DNA of 64,000 nucleotides. It comes from a virus (lineage: Duplodnaviria; Caudoviricetes). This document shows positions 11,601 through 20,109 of this stretch, piece by piece; within the stretch, counting starts at the first letter, position 1, and the number at the start of each line of letters is the position of its first letter. The stretch is taken from the IMG/VR virus record IMGVR_UViG_3300037991_005043, positions 24,349-88,348 of that record, one strand, 5' to 3'. Position numbers and translations under genes: made by a program. The notes beneath the pieces were generated by a model, which saw only the letters and a list, made by a program, of their open reading frames with translations, was not told where the DNA came from and ran no database searches.

Positions 11601-12215
11601 GTATTTGATTTCTATAATGAAGTCATAGTATATGGAAGAATTCACAAAAGAGTTAGCAAAAATTTGAGTAGCATACAAAAAGTTGGTCGAAAAACATTAG
11701 AAGTTTATGATAGAAAATTAGAAACACAGTCGGAGGTAAATCAAAGGGCTAGAGATTTATTAAAACTACATTCTGAGAGCAATGAAAAAATTAATTTGAC
11801 TGTTAGACAAAAAAATATTTCTCAACTCAGACCTAGCGACATTGTTAATGTTGAGATTAGAAGGGAGAATATACCTCTAGACCAGTATCAAGTCCTACAG
11901 ATAACTCACACCTTAGACGGTATGATGAAGTTACAATTAGGTAAATACAGTAAAGGTCTAGAAGAGAGATTTGCTGAATTACAATTATCCAATGCTGAAA
12001 CTAATGCTTCGATAAGAACAGAAGAACAAGACACCAATGTAAATTCATATGACTTTTTGGAGAACATTAATATTAAACCGCTTAGAGTCCTTGTTAGGAA
12101 GAGAGAGAATAGCAGTTCAGAGGTTTTAGGTTTTGCTAATGTTTTAGGGTTCGTTACTAGATTAGGTCCAACAGGAAATATTACATTAACAAATTTAAGG
12201 GAGATAGATTTATGA
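5694..12215 (+). CDS. Very large tail tip/baseplate hub protein (2173 aa)
   Basis: The C-terminus 'NEVIVYG...RARDLLKLH...LRPSDIVNV...YQVLQITH' resembles tail tip/hub proteins. S/T/N-rich beta domains. Confidence 0.6.
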   Translation: MTLKVYKKGVAHDYITEFNFDVPTNPRITTSSDSPSSTISATDGRLFGAVYKDGSEVGTYDEIKSSAGFVEYNNLTNTEGYRIKCFDYASNTGIQLDTVLDLEARYYFVLVHSDDENLHHFAKITSINKEDVDGASFDFTPKLGNSIPKDTKFMLFKGPPITRTVEQLCTTTNTDATLTHADTSKLTVGMTITGEGIPANTTISSITDSISLEMSNAATASTINNSITFSGNTNAVAFTAGIKKELQTTMYCSKPLFYFIDDELDKKNELNHNTKYMFRFRGAAVTSSTSSVTLDSHTTTFATCSDFGSTLIDYSKFETKIKITDKLREADYVPASTSIRFNETSGTTNNSFAGTYSSSFPNARVIDDDDYTSFNTLGHRRYLHYDYSKTISNLIPNVYQGEIIQSNQNRGGIAESKIVDSFRIMPKKVVENDLFRVRQTVHTGSLNEWINTGLTLGTYDSSNNRYDFPYGISQSLLPTNTQVKIGNRICIIATIGTGYVTIDKSRLETESTFTTSLSLAQYQSIENQKLYVRSFDAENSILYSTFKPIEGRTDELYVKLSTNNVGIRYLKVTSIDTKDIFANADDLIQLSALTVSPVNTDAYDSKPFKYALGQYEISIERFYGNIENIHSTKEQGQTIMTITGRDRFAKLLNPIINKNTLFSTDIIYSSYSPMSDFENVSANMTHANYGSETITFASAVTLKKGDLLFVANTDAFIGEVLADYTSTTSIGLKAKSRYGNIVGGSITVKKLSKRQYILNKALSSNRLLESSTALDGAVDKVLSFTSGVKLEADGTEKLLDSGNANSTLEVLSSNSAVEDSSPESNAYYITEPKSIGLDSLHSLSLTETEDRTSEKEDFITVNTLMDFTVLDYSKSDNGDNIVTIAPYNPLTLGRVDYNFHNTNDSTFHADILGTGTYAINTNYISLDSNFSTLLSYLSVNRAQHGAPVYSNDGDFLGHILYIEQSYNPNYVFVALDRKAKKSYANVDFKFISLNSSHTKTKLQHELNFINGSHLHGGKYVGLLNPFQDQDSDAFSASAFFDFRYSYDSASSDIEYKRRFKLPLYRLLNIENGNYAISNNNDSHDEIKKYTNYYHNVKTKINYYAEAYRGSNKSPFGFYASKLVESSGLDSVYGSKFHERPYNGSGESHPLVFFDENAYAYQTDESSAIRQQAIMTQFDPKVSRMFLFINSDILPYSNTRKDSLLQSNKDLRNYNIMGITEPESSDLSIDKSSALSEGTSVNYKDTNYVTAIPTETKDITTNKQFSLMRLTEVVYDWAYNQIDPENLPKLSETYPRIPYKPVEIHANLNGSSAFSTTAVGNYSGATISLSANPHSGGTDNLVAGDYIIDSNGRYIGEVSSSSSGNTITLVRDAIKTSAGDYYVGQLYKANVASSNSHIHGHGEVDSFNRFFWAIHPLKGTVVRGVDSGEYGHGSSSAFDEKYGSNLASNSAGHSLDTARMPQIFLPIQNNDANFMSESDANEVFSSRVLTDMNKMKNVFHTGGGAGTTVTIEDDLYAGCNLVFFKGYNIEDGGGTRVGEGMTTPKLENTFKLYNDNSSGSELGFITIRPNNHIFASFEDFHKQKARTYDNDASGVIMGFKPHLTLRNSTHATEINQDNINGNHTHTYTVDSQSTISNGRFLDYVDLTGCYLVDINGKYYDEDGSEATSSNVPNYNPDNIFYVLSHDIDTTATGTKHMLTLDGLLPTSSSYTFRIMQPNHTCFYPKSPNSINLNEVSPKYTKKAYSDEMYDNIFDYSIREKQANVTDYSGQGVMSMYVAIDINKHTDSNFVVIRDADKISQMLDTETEYKMCVSDGENSYKVGMKYVDSGDNIGHNLYFSEMKEINGVASISEYFNLSHNGDLSDCKRLMIGSTLDIAYEAEALVNDLIESEGIVVNNSTTNNYPYLLAPNYKGVNLFTAINILLLKKNKRINLKEETFEIVESESNDVYSNIILSDFGDNQIYEYEKEKTVFDFYNEVIVYGRIHKRVSKNLSSIQKVGRKTLEVYDRKLETQSEVNQRARDLLKLHSESNEKINLTVRQKNISQLRPSDIVNVEIRRENIPLDQYQVLQITHTLDGMMKLQLGKYSKGLEERFAELQLSNAETNASIRTEEQDTNVNSYDFLENINIKPLRVLVRKRENSSSEVLGFANVLGFVTRLGPTGNITLTNLREIDL

Positions 12216-12550
12216 TAACTGATAATATGAAAAGTAAGATTGCTACTCATGTAGTTTCTCTAATAAGTAGTGGAAAGGTGGGTATTGGTGGTAATGCTAC
12301 TAGCCCTAGTGCTACTGGTTTAGATGTAGATTCGGGTTCTAGCCCTACTGTTACTGTTATTAAAAGCGATGCTAATGTAGTAGAGGCTAAAGTTAGTATT
12401 GCTGGTTCAGCAATAACTGGAAAGGTAATTAGAGAGGTTGGTCTTTTAGATTCTAGTAATAATTTACTTTCTAGATTTAATTTTGATGGAGTTGGTCCAT
12501 TTTCAAGTAGTGAAACTTTAGAAATTTTTGTATTATTGGAGGTAGAATAA
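12212..12550 (+). CDS. Small tail/fibre-attachment protein
   Basis: 'IREVGLLD' motif like tail-collar/baseplate proteins. ATGA overlap with the upstream gene. Confidence 0.5.
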   Translation: MITDNMKSKIATHVVSLISSGKVGIGGNATSPSATGLDVDSGSSPTVTVIKSDANVVEAKVSIAGSAITGKVIREVGLLDSSNNLLSRFNFDGVGPFSSSETLEIFVLLEVE

Positions 12551-12551
12551 G

Positions 12552-14075
12552 ATGGTAAGTAATCCACACTTTTACGGGCAGAGCACAACATTAACACCGA
12601 ATCAAATTGAAGATGGAGTAGATTTCCCACATACGGGAATAATAAAGGCACTCGCTGATGGGCTAGGACAGAACTATGCAATTAGCGGATTCGACATTAC
12701 GATTGATAGTGCTACACAAATAGATGTTGGGGCAGGGGTAATATTTAGAGATGGTAAAAGAGAATCAATTAGTGCAGTTAATAATTTAACTTTAGGTAGG
12801 ACTACTGCTAGTGAAAATTCTTATCACTTAGTTGTCGTTGATAAAGATAAGGCTATTGCAATTAGAAGCCCTAGTGCTAAGGATAAAGTCGCTGACTATA
12901 CAGTAAGAACACTTACTTCTGGTTCTTCTACTGCTCATATTCAAGGAGATACAATTATTGCCGTAGTAACACATAATGGAAGTAATCCAATGCCTATTCA
13001 ATACCTAACCGTTGATAAGGCAGAAAATTCTCTTTCTATCGGTTATAGTAATAACGGAACATATACCGAAGTTAGTAGTATTACTGGAACTTCTGCTGGT
13101 TTATTTATTAGTAATATTGGAACTGCTACGGTTGATGGTTCTGATAAAGTCTTAATTCAAGATGCAGGTAGTTCCGATGTAATTAAAACTGTAACTGCTT
13201 CCTCTATTGCTGCATTAGGTATTTCTGATATTGTTGATGATACAAGTCCACAATTAGGCGGTGATTTAGATGTTAATGGTAATAAAATTACAGGAACAAT
13301 TGTTCTTGATGGAAATACTTCGGTTGATTCTGGGCATACATTAACAATTGATAGTGATTTAGAATTATCTGTTTCTTCTAATGATGCAGTTATCAAGAAT
13401 ACAAATCAAGATAATGATATAATTTTTAAGGTAAATGACGGTGGTTCAGATACCGAATCTATGAGAATAGATGGGGATATTAATCAAGTTAAGATAAAAT
13501 CTTTGGGTGTAGGTAGTGCTGCTGAACTAACTATTACTGAATCTTCAGATGATATTACTTTCAAAAATACTGTTCAGGATAAAGATATTATATTCAACAT
13601 TAATGATGGTGGAAGCGATACGGAAGTAATGAGAATAGACGGTTCTCAAAGTAATGTTGCAGTAGGGGCGACTTTCGCTGAATATAAATTAGATGTGAAT
13701 GGTTCTATAAGAAGAAAGGGTAATGTTCAAGCAATAACGGAGGCAACGGGTAATGCAATAGGTCCACCTCCTGTAGTATTGTATAATATATTATCAACAG
13801 ATGATGTTATTTTGGCTTCTGCTCCTACAGGAACTCCACCAAATAATTTAACTCTACATTTACCCGATGCTTCGGGAACAGATATTGGTAGAACATATAG
13901 AATAATAGCGATAGATGCAACTAACGCTTTAACTTTGGATAGAACAGGTTCAACAGATGCAATTCATGGACCCGATGATGCAGTTTTATCTTTACCAATT
14001 TCACTTTCTACTGGTAAAATATATGATGTTATTTGTGTTGCTGATAACAAATGGATGTTATTAACTCTAAACTGA
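12552..14075 (+). CDS. Tail fibre/receptor-binding protein
   Basis: 'DTSPQLGGDLDVNG' marine-phage fibre motif. Two tandem 'KNTxQDxDIIFxxNDGGSDTExMRIDG' repeats. Last large gene of the tail operon. Confidence 0.65.
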   Translation: MVSNPHFYGQSTTLTPNQIEDGVDFPHTGIIKALADGLGQNYAISGFDITIDSATQIDVGAGVIFRDGKRESISAVNNLTLGRTTASENSYHLVVVDKDKAIAIRSPSAKDKVADYTVRTLTSGSSTAHIQGDTIIAVVTHNGSNPMPIQYLTVDKAENSLSIGYSNNGTYTEVSSITGTSAGLFISNIGTATVDGSDKVLIQDAGSSDVIKTVTASSIAALGISDIVDDTSPQLGGDLDVNGNKITGTIVLDGNTSVDSGHTLTIDSDLELSVSSNDAVIKNTNQDNDIIFKVNDGGSDTESMRIDGDINQVKIKSLGVGSAAELTITESSDDITFKNTVQDKDIIFNINDGGSDTEVMRIDGSQSNVAVGATFAEYKLDVNGSIRRKGNVQAITEATGNAIGPPPVVLYNILSTDDVILASAPTGTPPNNLTLHLPDASGTDIGRTYRIIAIDATNALTLDRTGSTDAIHGPDDAVLSLPISLSTGKIYDVICVADNKWMLLTLN

Positions 14076-14087
14076 TTGTGTGATATT

Positions 14088-14207
14088 ATGTCTTTTAGAC
14101 ATATACAACAAGTTGGAATACTGCTTGCTATATTAATAGTTACTATTCCGATTATAGTTTTTGATAAAATACAAGAAATATGCATTTCTTTATTTTTTAC
14201 AAAATAA
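14088..14207 (+). CDS. 39-aa single-TM membrane micro-protein
   Basis: MSFRHIQQVGILLAILIVTIPIIVFDKIQEICISLFFTK*, with GTGA upstream. Confidence 0.45.
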   Translation: MSFRHIQQVGILLAILIVTIPIIVFDKIQEICISLFFTK

Positions 14208-14269
14208 CTTTTTTTAAAAAACCAAAAAAAAGTGCGGGGAGAACCCGCCAATTAAGACAGGTTCTCCCC
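14208..14269. terminator. Bidirectional terminator at the convergence of the + and - operons
   Basis: T-tract on + at about 14209-14216 and A-tracts at 14217-14231. 10-bp inverted repeat GGGGAGAACC (14236-45)/GGTTCTCCCC (14260-69). Confidence 0.6.
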
Positions 14270-14410
14270 TTTAGTATGATTAGACCATGCTATCATACAA
14301 CTTCTACATTCCCAAAGATATACTTTGGTTTCACTACCTACATAGAAACCTCTTATTCTTCTAGCAAGAGTTTTCTCCCCACAATGAGGGCAAGTTTGTT
14401 TTAATGTCAT
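14252..14410 (-). CDS. 52-aa zinc-ribbon protein
   Basis: MTLKQTCPHCGEK...WECRSCMIAW. ATGA coupling to the upstream ORF. Confidence 0.6.
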   Translation of the reverse strand: MTLKQTCPHCGEKTLARRIRGFYVGSETKVYLWECRSCMIAWSNHTKGENLS

Positions 14411-14559
14411 TTAATCTCATTATTCCTTTCATTAACGAGTCTTTTCATATACTCTTCTACGCTTTCATCAGTAATATTACTACCACCAAATGCCGCAAAA
14501 AAGAGCAACAAAAGAATTGCAATGAAAAGAATAAGACTAAACCATTCCCATGTGCTCAT
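14407..14559 (-). CDS. 50-aa membrane protein
   Basis: MSTWEWFSLILFIAILLLLFFAAFGG..., translationally coupled at both ends. Confidence 0.6.
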   Translation of the reverse strand: MSTWEWFSLILFIAILLLLFFAAFGGSNITDESVEEYMKRLVNERNNEIK

Positions 14560-15155
14560 TACCAATCAACCTCCAAATCTACAAATTCTTCTTTTTCTAT
14601 GGAAAATGCTTTTACATAATTATTTTCTTTTCCATATTGATATAAATCATAGACAAGTTTTGTATCTTTTAGACAATAATCTACCACTTCGTCATATTTA
14701 CCTGCTTTCCACAACTTAGGAGCATCTTCGCTATCCATTAGTTTGAAATCATTCATGGTGCATTTTACTAGATTCTTTAATCTGAATCTCTCACCATGAC
14801 CTTTAAGTAAATCTTTAGAAGTGTCAATGTATCTTTTTTCACTTAGATATTTGTGAATACAATAAATGTCTAGGGAATCCCTTAGAATAGGTAAATCAAA
14901 AGAAACTATATTATGCCCTAGAAGAACTCCACCCTTTTCAAAATGGTCGTCTAGGTCATACTTTAAATCTCTAAGCGACTTAGTAACATATCCAGTTTTA
15001 CTAATAGAATCTATTATTGGATTTTCTACATATACTGTAGCAGTATGCCCATCCCATGTAGATACTGTAGATACTTGAAACATGTGAGTATTACCAAAGC
15101 CCCCAATGTCATAAGACATATTCTTAGTTTCTAAATCAAGGGCTAGAACAGACAT
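14559..15155 (-). CDS. DEDD/RNase H-like 3'-5' exonuclease
   Basis: ExoI 'ALDLET', ExoII 'GHNIVSFD', ExoIII 'YCLKD'. Start moved to ATG 15155 after GGAAGTGA. Confidence 0.85.
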   Translation of the reverse strand: MSVLALDLETKNMSYDIGGFGNTHMFQVSTVSTWDGHTATVYVENPIIDSISKTGYVTKSLRDLKYDLDDHFEKGGVLLGHNIVSFDLPILRDSLDIYCIHKYLSEKRYIDTSKDLLKGHGERFRLKNLVKCTMNDFKLMDSEDAPKLWKAGKYDEVVDYCLKDTKLVYDLYQYGKENNYVKAFSIEKEEFVDLEVDW

Positions 15156-15159
15156 ATTA

Positions 15160-15402
15160 TCACTTCTTATTACCATTAGCGGTAGTAGCCCACAACTTAG
15201 AAATCTTCTGTTCTTGCTCATCAACAATAACTTCTTCTTCTAAGTCAGTTCTTCTCTTTAAGAAAACAACTATGTTAGTTCCTGCTACATTGAGCATAGA
15301 ACAACATTCCCAACCATCTTCACCATAGGTATCTAGGCTTTCAATTATTACTTTTGGTCCTTTTGTTACATCAAATACTAATACTGTATTTTCCCACTTC
15401 AT
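15160..15402 (-). CDS. DUF4177-like small protein
   Basis: 'SLDTYGEDGWECCSM...VVFLKR' fits the LNxxGxxGWE pattern. Confidence 0.6.
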   Translation of the reverse strand: MKWENTVLVFDVTKGPKVIIESLDTYGEDGWECCSMLNVAGTNIVVFLKRRTDLEEEVIVDEQEQKISKLWATTANGNKK

Positions 15403-17024
15403 TAGAATTTCGCCCCCGTATAATTAATTCCCTTTCTATATATTGCGCCTAATTCGATTGCTTTTCTTTTTGCTAGTGTTCCATCACCGTCTTTTTTAGT
15501 CAAAAACTTCTCATCTAATACCCTAGAATCAAACTCCTTTGCCTTTTTAATCATATTATTTGCTTTCAGCATGGTCTTAGCCGCACCAGTCGCTACTAAC
15601 GCCTCTTTCAGCGTTTCCATATAAAAGTAGCCTTGATTATCTCTCCTAAGAGCATTTGTTCTAAAACAGTTTAGAATTGCACTTAGAGAAGTTCCATTAG
15701 ATAAGTTTTCTTGACCCATTTCTTTTTCAAACCAATCTACTAGTGATATGAAACATTGTCTGATAATAGATGCACCCTGCTTTACATTTCTAGGTTGAAC
15801 AATAAATCTTCTATCTTCATCTGTAATAAATGGTGCTTCAGCCAAACAGGATAGATGAGATAACTTTTGTAGAATAATCATCCACCTAGAAGTAAAGTTA
15901 TTTACTAACTTAGCAACTTTAGGATTTCTATTTCTAAGATATCTAATCAATAAAGTATATTCGTGCTTGATTGCATCTGAATACTGAGGGTGGTATTGCA
16001 TTACTTGTTTCTTATCTCCACCTACCTCTACATATCTCTTGAAAAGCATATCGTAAATAGCAGTAAATTGATTTGCATATTCATCAATCGGTGCATTGTA
16101 ATCTAATGCTTGACCTGCATATTCATATTGCTTATATCTCATTTTATCTTGAACTGCTAGAGGAACATCTCTAACATAAACAATCATTCTTTGTAGAACA
16201 CCAGTATTAGCAATTAGATGGTTGAACTTTTCAGGGATATATGTAGTTGCCCAAACAGACCTTTGACAAAAACAATCCATTTCCATGTTATCAGATTCGG
16301 ATAATGCTTTGGTAATTATCCACCCATTACCCCATCTACTGTTCATTAATTTATTTAGATATACAATTAATCTAGAAGAGTGTTGGGTTTGAGTAGATTT
16401 GAAAACACCTGAATATTCAAACTCATCCCAGTGTGCAGTTCCACTACCTTCTAAACTACCCTTTACTCTAGCATATTCTATACCTCTTTCTCCTGTTTCA
16501 TCATCTACTACTTCTTCTCTCTTGTATTTACCAATGAGAGCAGAATCAGTATAATCAGTTAATGCAAATATATTGTATGGTATAGGCATTAGTTCTTCTT
16601 TGTGAATAAACTTAGGGTGTTGGCTATTACTATTCATGTGAGTATATACCTTCTCTAGAATGGGTCGCATAAAGTTCCAAATTTCAGACTTACCAGTTCC
16701 GCTAGTTTGAACCCAACAAAAATGTATTCTAGAATCTTCTCTAGCAAACTTACTAGGGATGTGTATAAAATCCTTAGCAATTTGTCCTAAAATAGAATAA
16801 GCACCAATAGTAGCAGGAACTTCATTCAAGTATGAAAACTCACCTGCGGTCATAGAGTATTCTCTAATTAGTTTAGGTAGTCCTGCTCTAAACTCATTTT
16901 GGTTTTTTATCATTTCATCTAAATACAATTGTTCTTCTTCGGACAATTCTATTTCTTCTTGAGGTATGTCTAACCCATCATCCTCATATATATCTTCTTC
17001 AATTACTTCAAAATCATCTGTCAT
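15402..17024 (-). CDS. MCM-like AAA+ ATPase, putative replicative helicase
   Basis: Walker A 'SGTGKS', Walker B 'AHWDEFE', Arg finger 'LQRM'. Located in the replication operon. Confidence 0.6.
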   Translation of the reverse strand: MTDDFEVIEEDIYEDDGLDIPQEEIELSEEEQLYLDEMIKNQNEFRAGLPKLIREYSMTAGEFSYLNEVPATIGAYSILGQIAKDFIHIPSKFAREDSRIHFCWVQTSGTGKSEIWNFMRPILEKVYTHMNSNSQHPKFIHKEELMPIPYNIFALTDYTDSALIGKYKREEVVDDETGERGIEYARVKGSLEGSGTAHWDEFEYSGVFKSTQTQHSSRLIVYLNKLMNSRWGNGWIITKALSESDNMEMDCFCQRSVWATTYIPEKFNHLIANTGVLQRMIVYVRDVPLAVQDKMRYKQYEYAGQALDYNAPIDEYANQFTAIYDMLFKRYVEVGGDKKQVMQYHPQYSDAIKHEYTLLIRYLRNRNPKVAKLVNNFTSRWMIILQKLSHLSCLAEAPFITDEDRRFIVQPRNVKQGASIIRQCFISLVDWFEKEMGQENLSNGTSLSAILNCFRTNALRRDNQGYFYMETLKEALVATGAAKTMLKANNMIKKAKEFDSRVLDEKFLTKKDGDGTLAKRKAIELGAIYRKGINYTGAKF

Positions 17025-17716
17025 ATTTTCACCTTTTCTTCATTATTTAATGTGGTAATAATTCTGTCGGCAAGGGTCTTACCAATCCCTTCAATCTCCT
17101 GTAGTTCACTACTACTACATTCCCCAACTTCCATAATAGAACCAAACTGGTCTATAAGTTTTTTACTTTTTTCACTAGATAATCCTTTGATAGTAGAAAG
17201 CACATCTACTCTCATATCATCAGTAGATATTCTTTTCAAAAGTTTAGGTTGGATTACCTTTCTTTCCTTTGAAGCCATCTTACAAATAACCGCTATTAGT
17301 GTTGATGCTAAGTGTTCATTCTTAACATAGAACGGCTTTGCATCTGTATCTAAAGTTATTCGACCTATTGCACCATAAAACATATTTCTTAATGTTATTC
17401 TTCTAGATGCATAAGAGGCTTTACTCTTACTATTTTCTATAACTGTATCTATAGCGTCATCTAAATCTCCGTAAATCATAACTATATTTACATCGAATGC
17501 TCTATCCATATTATCTAGTTGATTCCATATTCTTTTACTCATTACAGAACCAATAAAATCTACTGCTGATTTAGCCTCAAAACAAATATCTCCATAAGTA
17601 TAATCTCCTATCTCTAGCCATTTTTGTTCTACAGGTATTGCATATTTTTGCGCCTTAGTCCTAACTAGATTTACTAATTTAGAACCGCTTCTTTCTCTAC
17701 TATCAATCATTAACAT
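17021..17716 (-). CDS. ERCC4/XPF-family structure-specific nuclease with HhH motifs
   Basis: 'IDSRE', 'GDY', 'FEAKS..DF' and C-terminal 'IKGLS..K', 'IEGIGK..A'. Confidence 0.88.
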   Translation of the reverse strand: MLMIDSRERSGSKLVNLVRTKAQKYAIPVEQKWLEIGDYTYGDICFEAKSAVDFIGSVMSKRIWNQLDNMDRAFDVNIVMIYGDLDDAIDTVIENSKSKASYASRRITLRNMFYGAIGRITLDTDAKPFYVKNEHLASTLIAVICKMASKERKVIQPKLLKRISTDDMRVDVLSTIKGLSSEKSKKLIDQFGSIMEVGECSSSELQEIEGIGKTLADRIITTLNNEEKVKI

Positions 17717-18728
17717 TATGATACCTCCAACATCTTCCTACACAATACCCATCTGAAATTAATTTTTGACAAGAAGGTGTAGAATAATTACCGAATACTG
17801 TAAATTTAGCATGTTTAGTAGTTGTTGCTTTATCCCAATCTAACCACATTTCATCATTACTAGCAAAGGTAACTTCTATTTCTTCTACTACCCTACGCAA
17901 AATTTCATTCTTAGTTCCCATATCTAATACCTTTCTACAGGAACTAAGTAAATCACGATACCATGCTACTAAATATGCTCTAGAAATATGTGCTGGATTT
18001 TCAGTCGCATTTGCACTATACAAGCAAGGTAATACTGGAAGGCTACCACTATGCTTAGGAACTGAAACCTCTTCTAGAACTTCTTCTATTGGGGGAAGAA
18101 TAGGGAATGTAGTGAGAACATTACCGCTTTTCCTAAAGGGAATAAATCTAGGTTGCTTAGATAGTTCTAGAATATCCCCTAAATCTGACATAAAATCCTC
18201 TTCTACTAACGGAATACAGTAAAGAGAAGCAGAAAGATTGAGTGTATTCGGAACTCTTCTTAATCTACTCACTTGCCCTACTCTATCATCTAGTGTAATA
18301 TCTTCTCCAACTTTACTAATTAGAAACTCTTTCAGTTCTTTGAAATATGCCTGTATATTTCTAATATCATAAGTAGGTTCACCTTCAATAAAAAGGTGAA
18401 ACCCCCTACCAGAAAAGAATACAGTATGCACTAATTCTTCTTCTAATACCTTAGACATTATTACTTTCAAATCACGGAATGCTTTTTCTAAACTCTCTCC
18501 ATCATGTGCATCAAAGTCTAGAAATATCCTATCTAATATAACTGATGATTCTATTTTTGCACTATCTGTAAATCTCTCAAAGTCATAAACTGTGGTATAT
18601 ACATTAGTGTGATTATTCTGCGCTTTTACAAAATCAATGTATTCATTCTTCGTTCTCATTATCTTTCTTTTCATCTGAGGAGCGTTCTTTATGTGGCTCC
18701 CCGCCCAAACTTCTCTCGGATATTTCAT
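17703..18728 (-). CDS. priS: Archaeo-eukaryotic primase (PriS catalytic domain plus PriL-CTD-like Cys region)
   Basis: 'LDFDAH', 'FSGRGFHL', 'RLRRVPNTLN'; C-terminal 'LPCL...H.SR', 'PSC..L...C...C'. Confidence 0.85.
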   Translation of the reverse strand: MKYPREVWAGSHIKNAPQMKRKIMRTKNEYIDFVKAQNNHTNVYTTVYDFERFTDSAKIESSVILDRIFLDFDAHDGESLEKAFRDLKVIMSKVLEEELVHTVFFSGRGFHLFIEGEPTYDIRNIQAYFKELKEFLISKVGEDITLDDRVGQVSRLRRVPNTLNLSASLYCIPLVEEDFMSDLGDILELSKQPRFIPFRKSGNVLTTFPILPPIEEVLEEVSVPKHSGSLPVLPCLYSANATENPAHISRAYLVAWYRDLLSSCRKVLDMGTKNEILRRVVEEIEVTFASNDEMWLDWDKATTTKHAKFTVFGNYSTPSCQKLISDGYCVGRCWRYHNVND

Positions 18729-19029
18729 CTATTTCACCACCTAAATTAAAATCTACTTTTGCTCTACTTAGTAGAGAATTTATTACTGTTGCTACTTTAC
18801 TTTTCAAAACAGTAGTTACTACCATCTTAATAGCCTCATCAAAATACATACCAACATAATCTTCCTTTACTCTATATTCTCTTAGTAAAGAAAACTTCTG
18901 TGATATGCTAAGAACTGAATATACTTCTTCACTTATTACCATTACGGCTTTTTTAATATCAGTTAATTCTACAACAGTCCATTCTTTATTTAATACTGAT
19001 GTTTTAATCATATCTTCTATATTACTCAT
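18643..19029 (-). CDS. Hypothetical protein
   Basis: Co-oriented ORF in the operon, overlapping the primase start. Confidence 0.5.
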   Translation of the reverse strand: MSNIEDMIKTSVLNKEWTVVELTDIKKAVMVISEEVYSVLSISQKFSLLREYRVKEDYVGMYFDEAIKMVVTTVLKSKVATVINSLLSRAKVDFNLGGEIDEISERSLGGEPHKERSSDEKKDNENEE

Positions 19030-19205
19030 AATTTATCACTCAACCATTTTATTTTTCTTCTTAAATCACTTATTTTTTCATGTACTCTAGTCAATTCACT
19101 TTGACAACTCTTCAAACGGTCATATATAGCAAGACCAAATAGAGAACAAAAAATAATAGTGAAAAAAAGAACTATTAAGACTACCCCATCCAATAACCTT
19201 AACAT
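19026..19205 (-). CDS. Small membrane-anchored coiled-coil protein
   Basis: MLRLLDGVVLIVLFFTIIFCSLFGLAIY...; start reassigned to ATG 19205. Confidence 0.45.
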   Translation of the reverse strand: MLRLLDGVVLIVLFFTIIFCSLFGLAIYDRLKSCQSELTRVHEKISDLRRKIKWLSDKL

Positions 19206-19209
19206 AAAA

Positions 19210-20109
19210 TCAAAACCCAAATCCGTTCTCCGCAGAACACTTACCATAGAAAGAGCAATACTTTGAACAAGTTGGTGCGTAAAATTTTGGTTCAAAATTC
19301 TTTTCCTCGTAAGCCTTAATCAATTTAGCAATAGAATTCTTTAAAGAAGTCATGCTAGTTTTAATAATAGGCTCAACATAAAAATGGTCTGCCGCAGGAT
19401 AATACCAACCCCAATGACTTACTTCCATTTTAGAGTTAAGTCCATATTTTTCTAAAACTTCTACTGGGCAACTCTCTAACATTAGTTGATAGAAAGCCAT
19501 TTCTTTTCTCATACCAGAAACTTTACTATCAGACCAATTACCAGTCTTTAATTCAAAAGGTATTAGATTACCATTCTCGATAAATATTCTATCAATGATA
19601 CCTTGTAATCTAACAGTATAATTCTTCTTTAGAGGATATTTCTTACTGAAATTTTTAGGTATAATTATTTCAGCATCAAACAGTCCTTCATTCACAATAG
19701 GTAGGTATTCATGAGTTTTACCTTCACCTCTTGCCTCTAGGAATCTTTGTGCTTCAAAGGATGCTATTGTCATATACATTTCAGCATACTCATCTACAGG
19801 AAATAGACTAGAACAATAATCTATCAGTTCTTCTGCTTCCATAGTTTCTGCCTTCTTAATATCAAACTCATTAAAGAATTCTTCTCTAGCATTGTGAACT
19901 ATAGTTCCTTTTCTCATTGCTTCTGTTTGGTCTTGTGGTAATCTTTCTATGTAAGAAAACTCATACTTCTTAGGACACCATTCGTATGACATCAAAGAAG
20001 ATTTAGTAATCTTCAAGATAGGTTCTCCATCTTCTCCATAGGTATCAACATTCCACTGATAGCCCATTTCTTTCATTTCATCTATTATTTCTTCATATGT
20101 TTTATTCAT
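19210..20109 (-). CDS. Cas4/RecB-like PD-(D/E)XK exonuclease
   Basis: 'SSLMSYEWCPKKY', 'GTIVH', 'GIIDRI', 'ELKTG', and a C-terminal 'CSKYCSFYGKC' Cys cluster. Confidence 0.85.
   Translation of the reverse strand: MNKTYEEIIDEMKEMGYQWNVDTYGEDGEPILKITKSSLMSYEWCPKKYEFSYIERLPQDQTEAMRKGTIVHNAREEFFNEFDIKKAETMEAEELIDYCSSLFPVDEYAEMYMTIASFEAQRFLEARGEGKTHEYLPIVNEGLFDAEIIIPKNFSKKYPLKKNYTVRLQGIIDRIFIENGNLIPFELKTGNWSDSKVSGMRKEMAFYQLMLESCPVEVLEKYGLNSKMEVSHWGWYYPAADHFYVEPIIKTSMTSLKNSIAKLIKAYEEKNFEPKFYAPTCSKYCSFYGKCSAENGFGF

Noticed and set aside
19210-20109. Cas4-like nuclease as evidence of a CRISPR-Cas locus
   Set aside because: There is no cas1/cas2 or array. Stand-alone Cas4-like exonucleases are common in archaeal virus replication modules.
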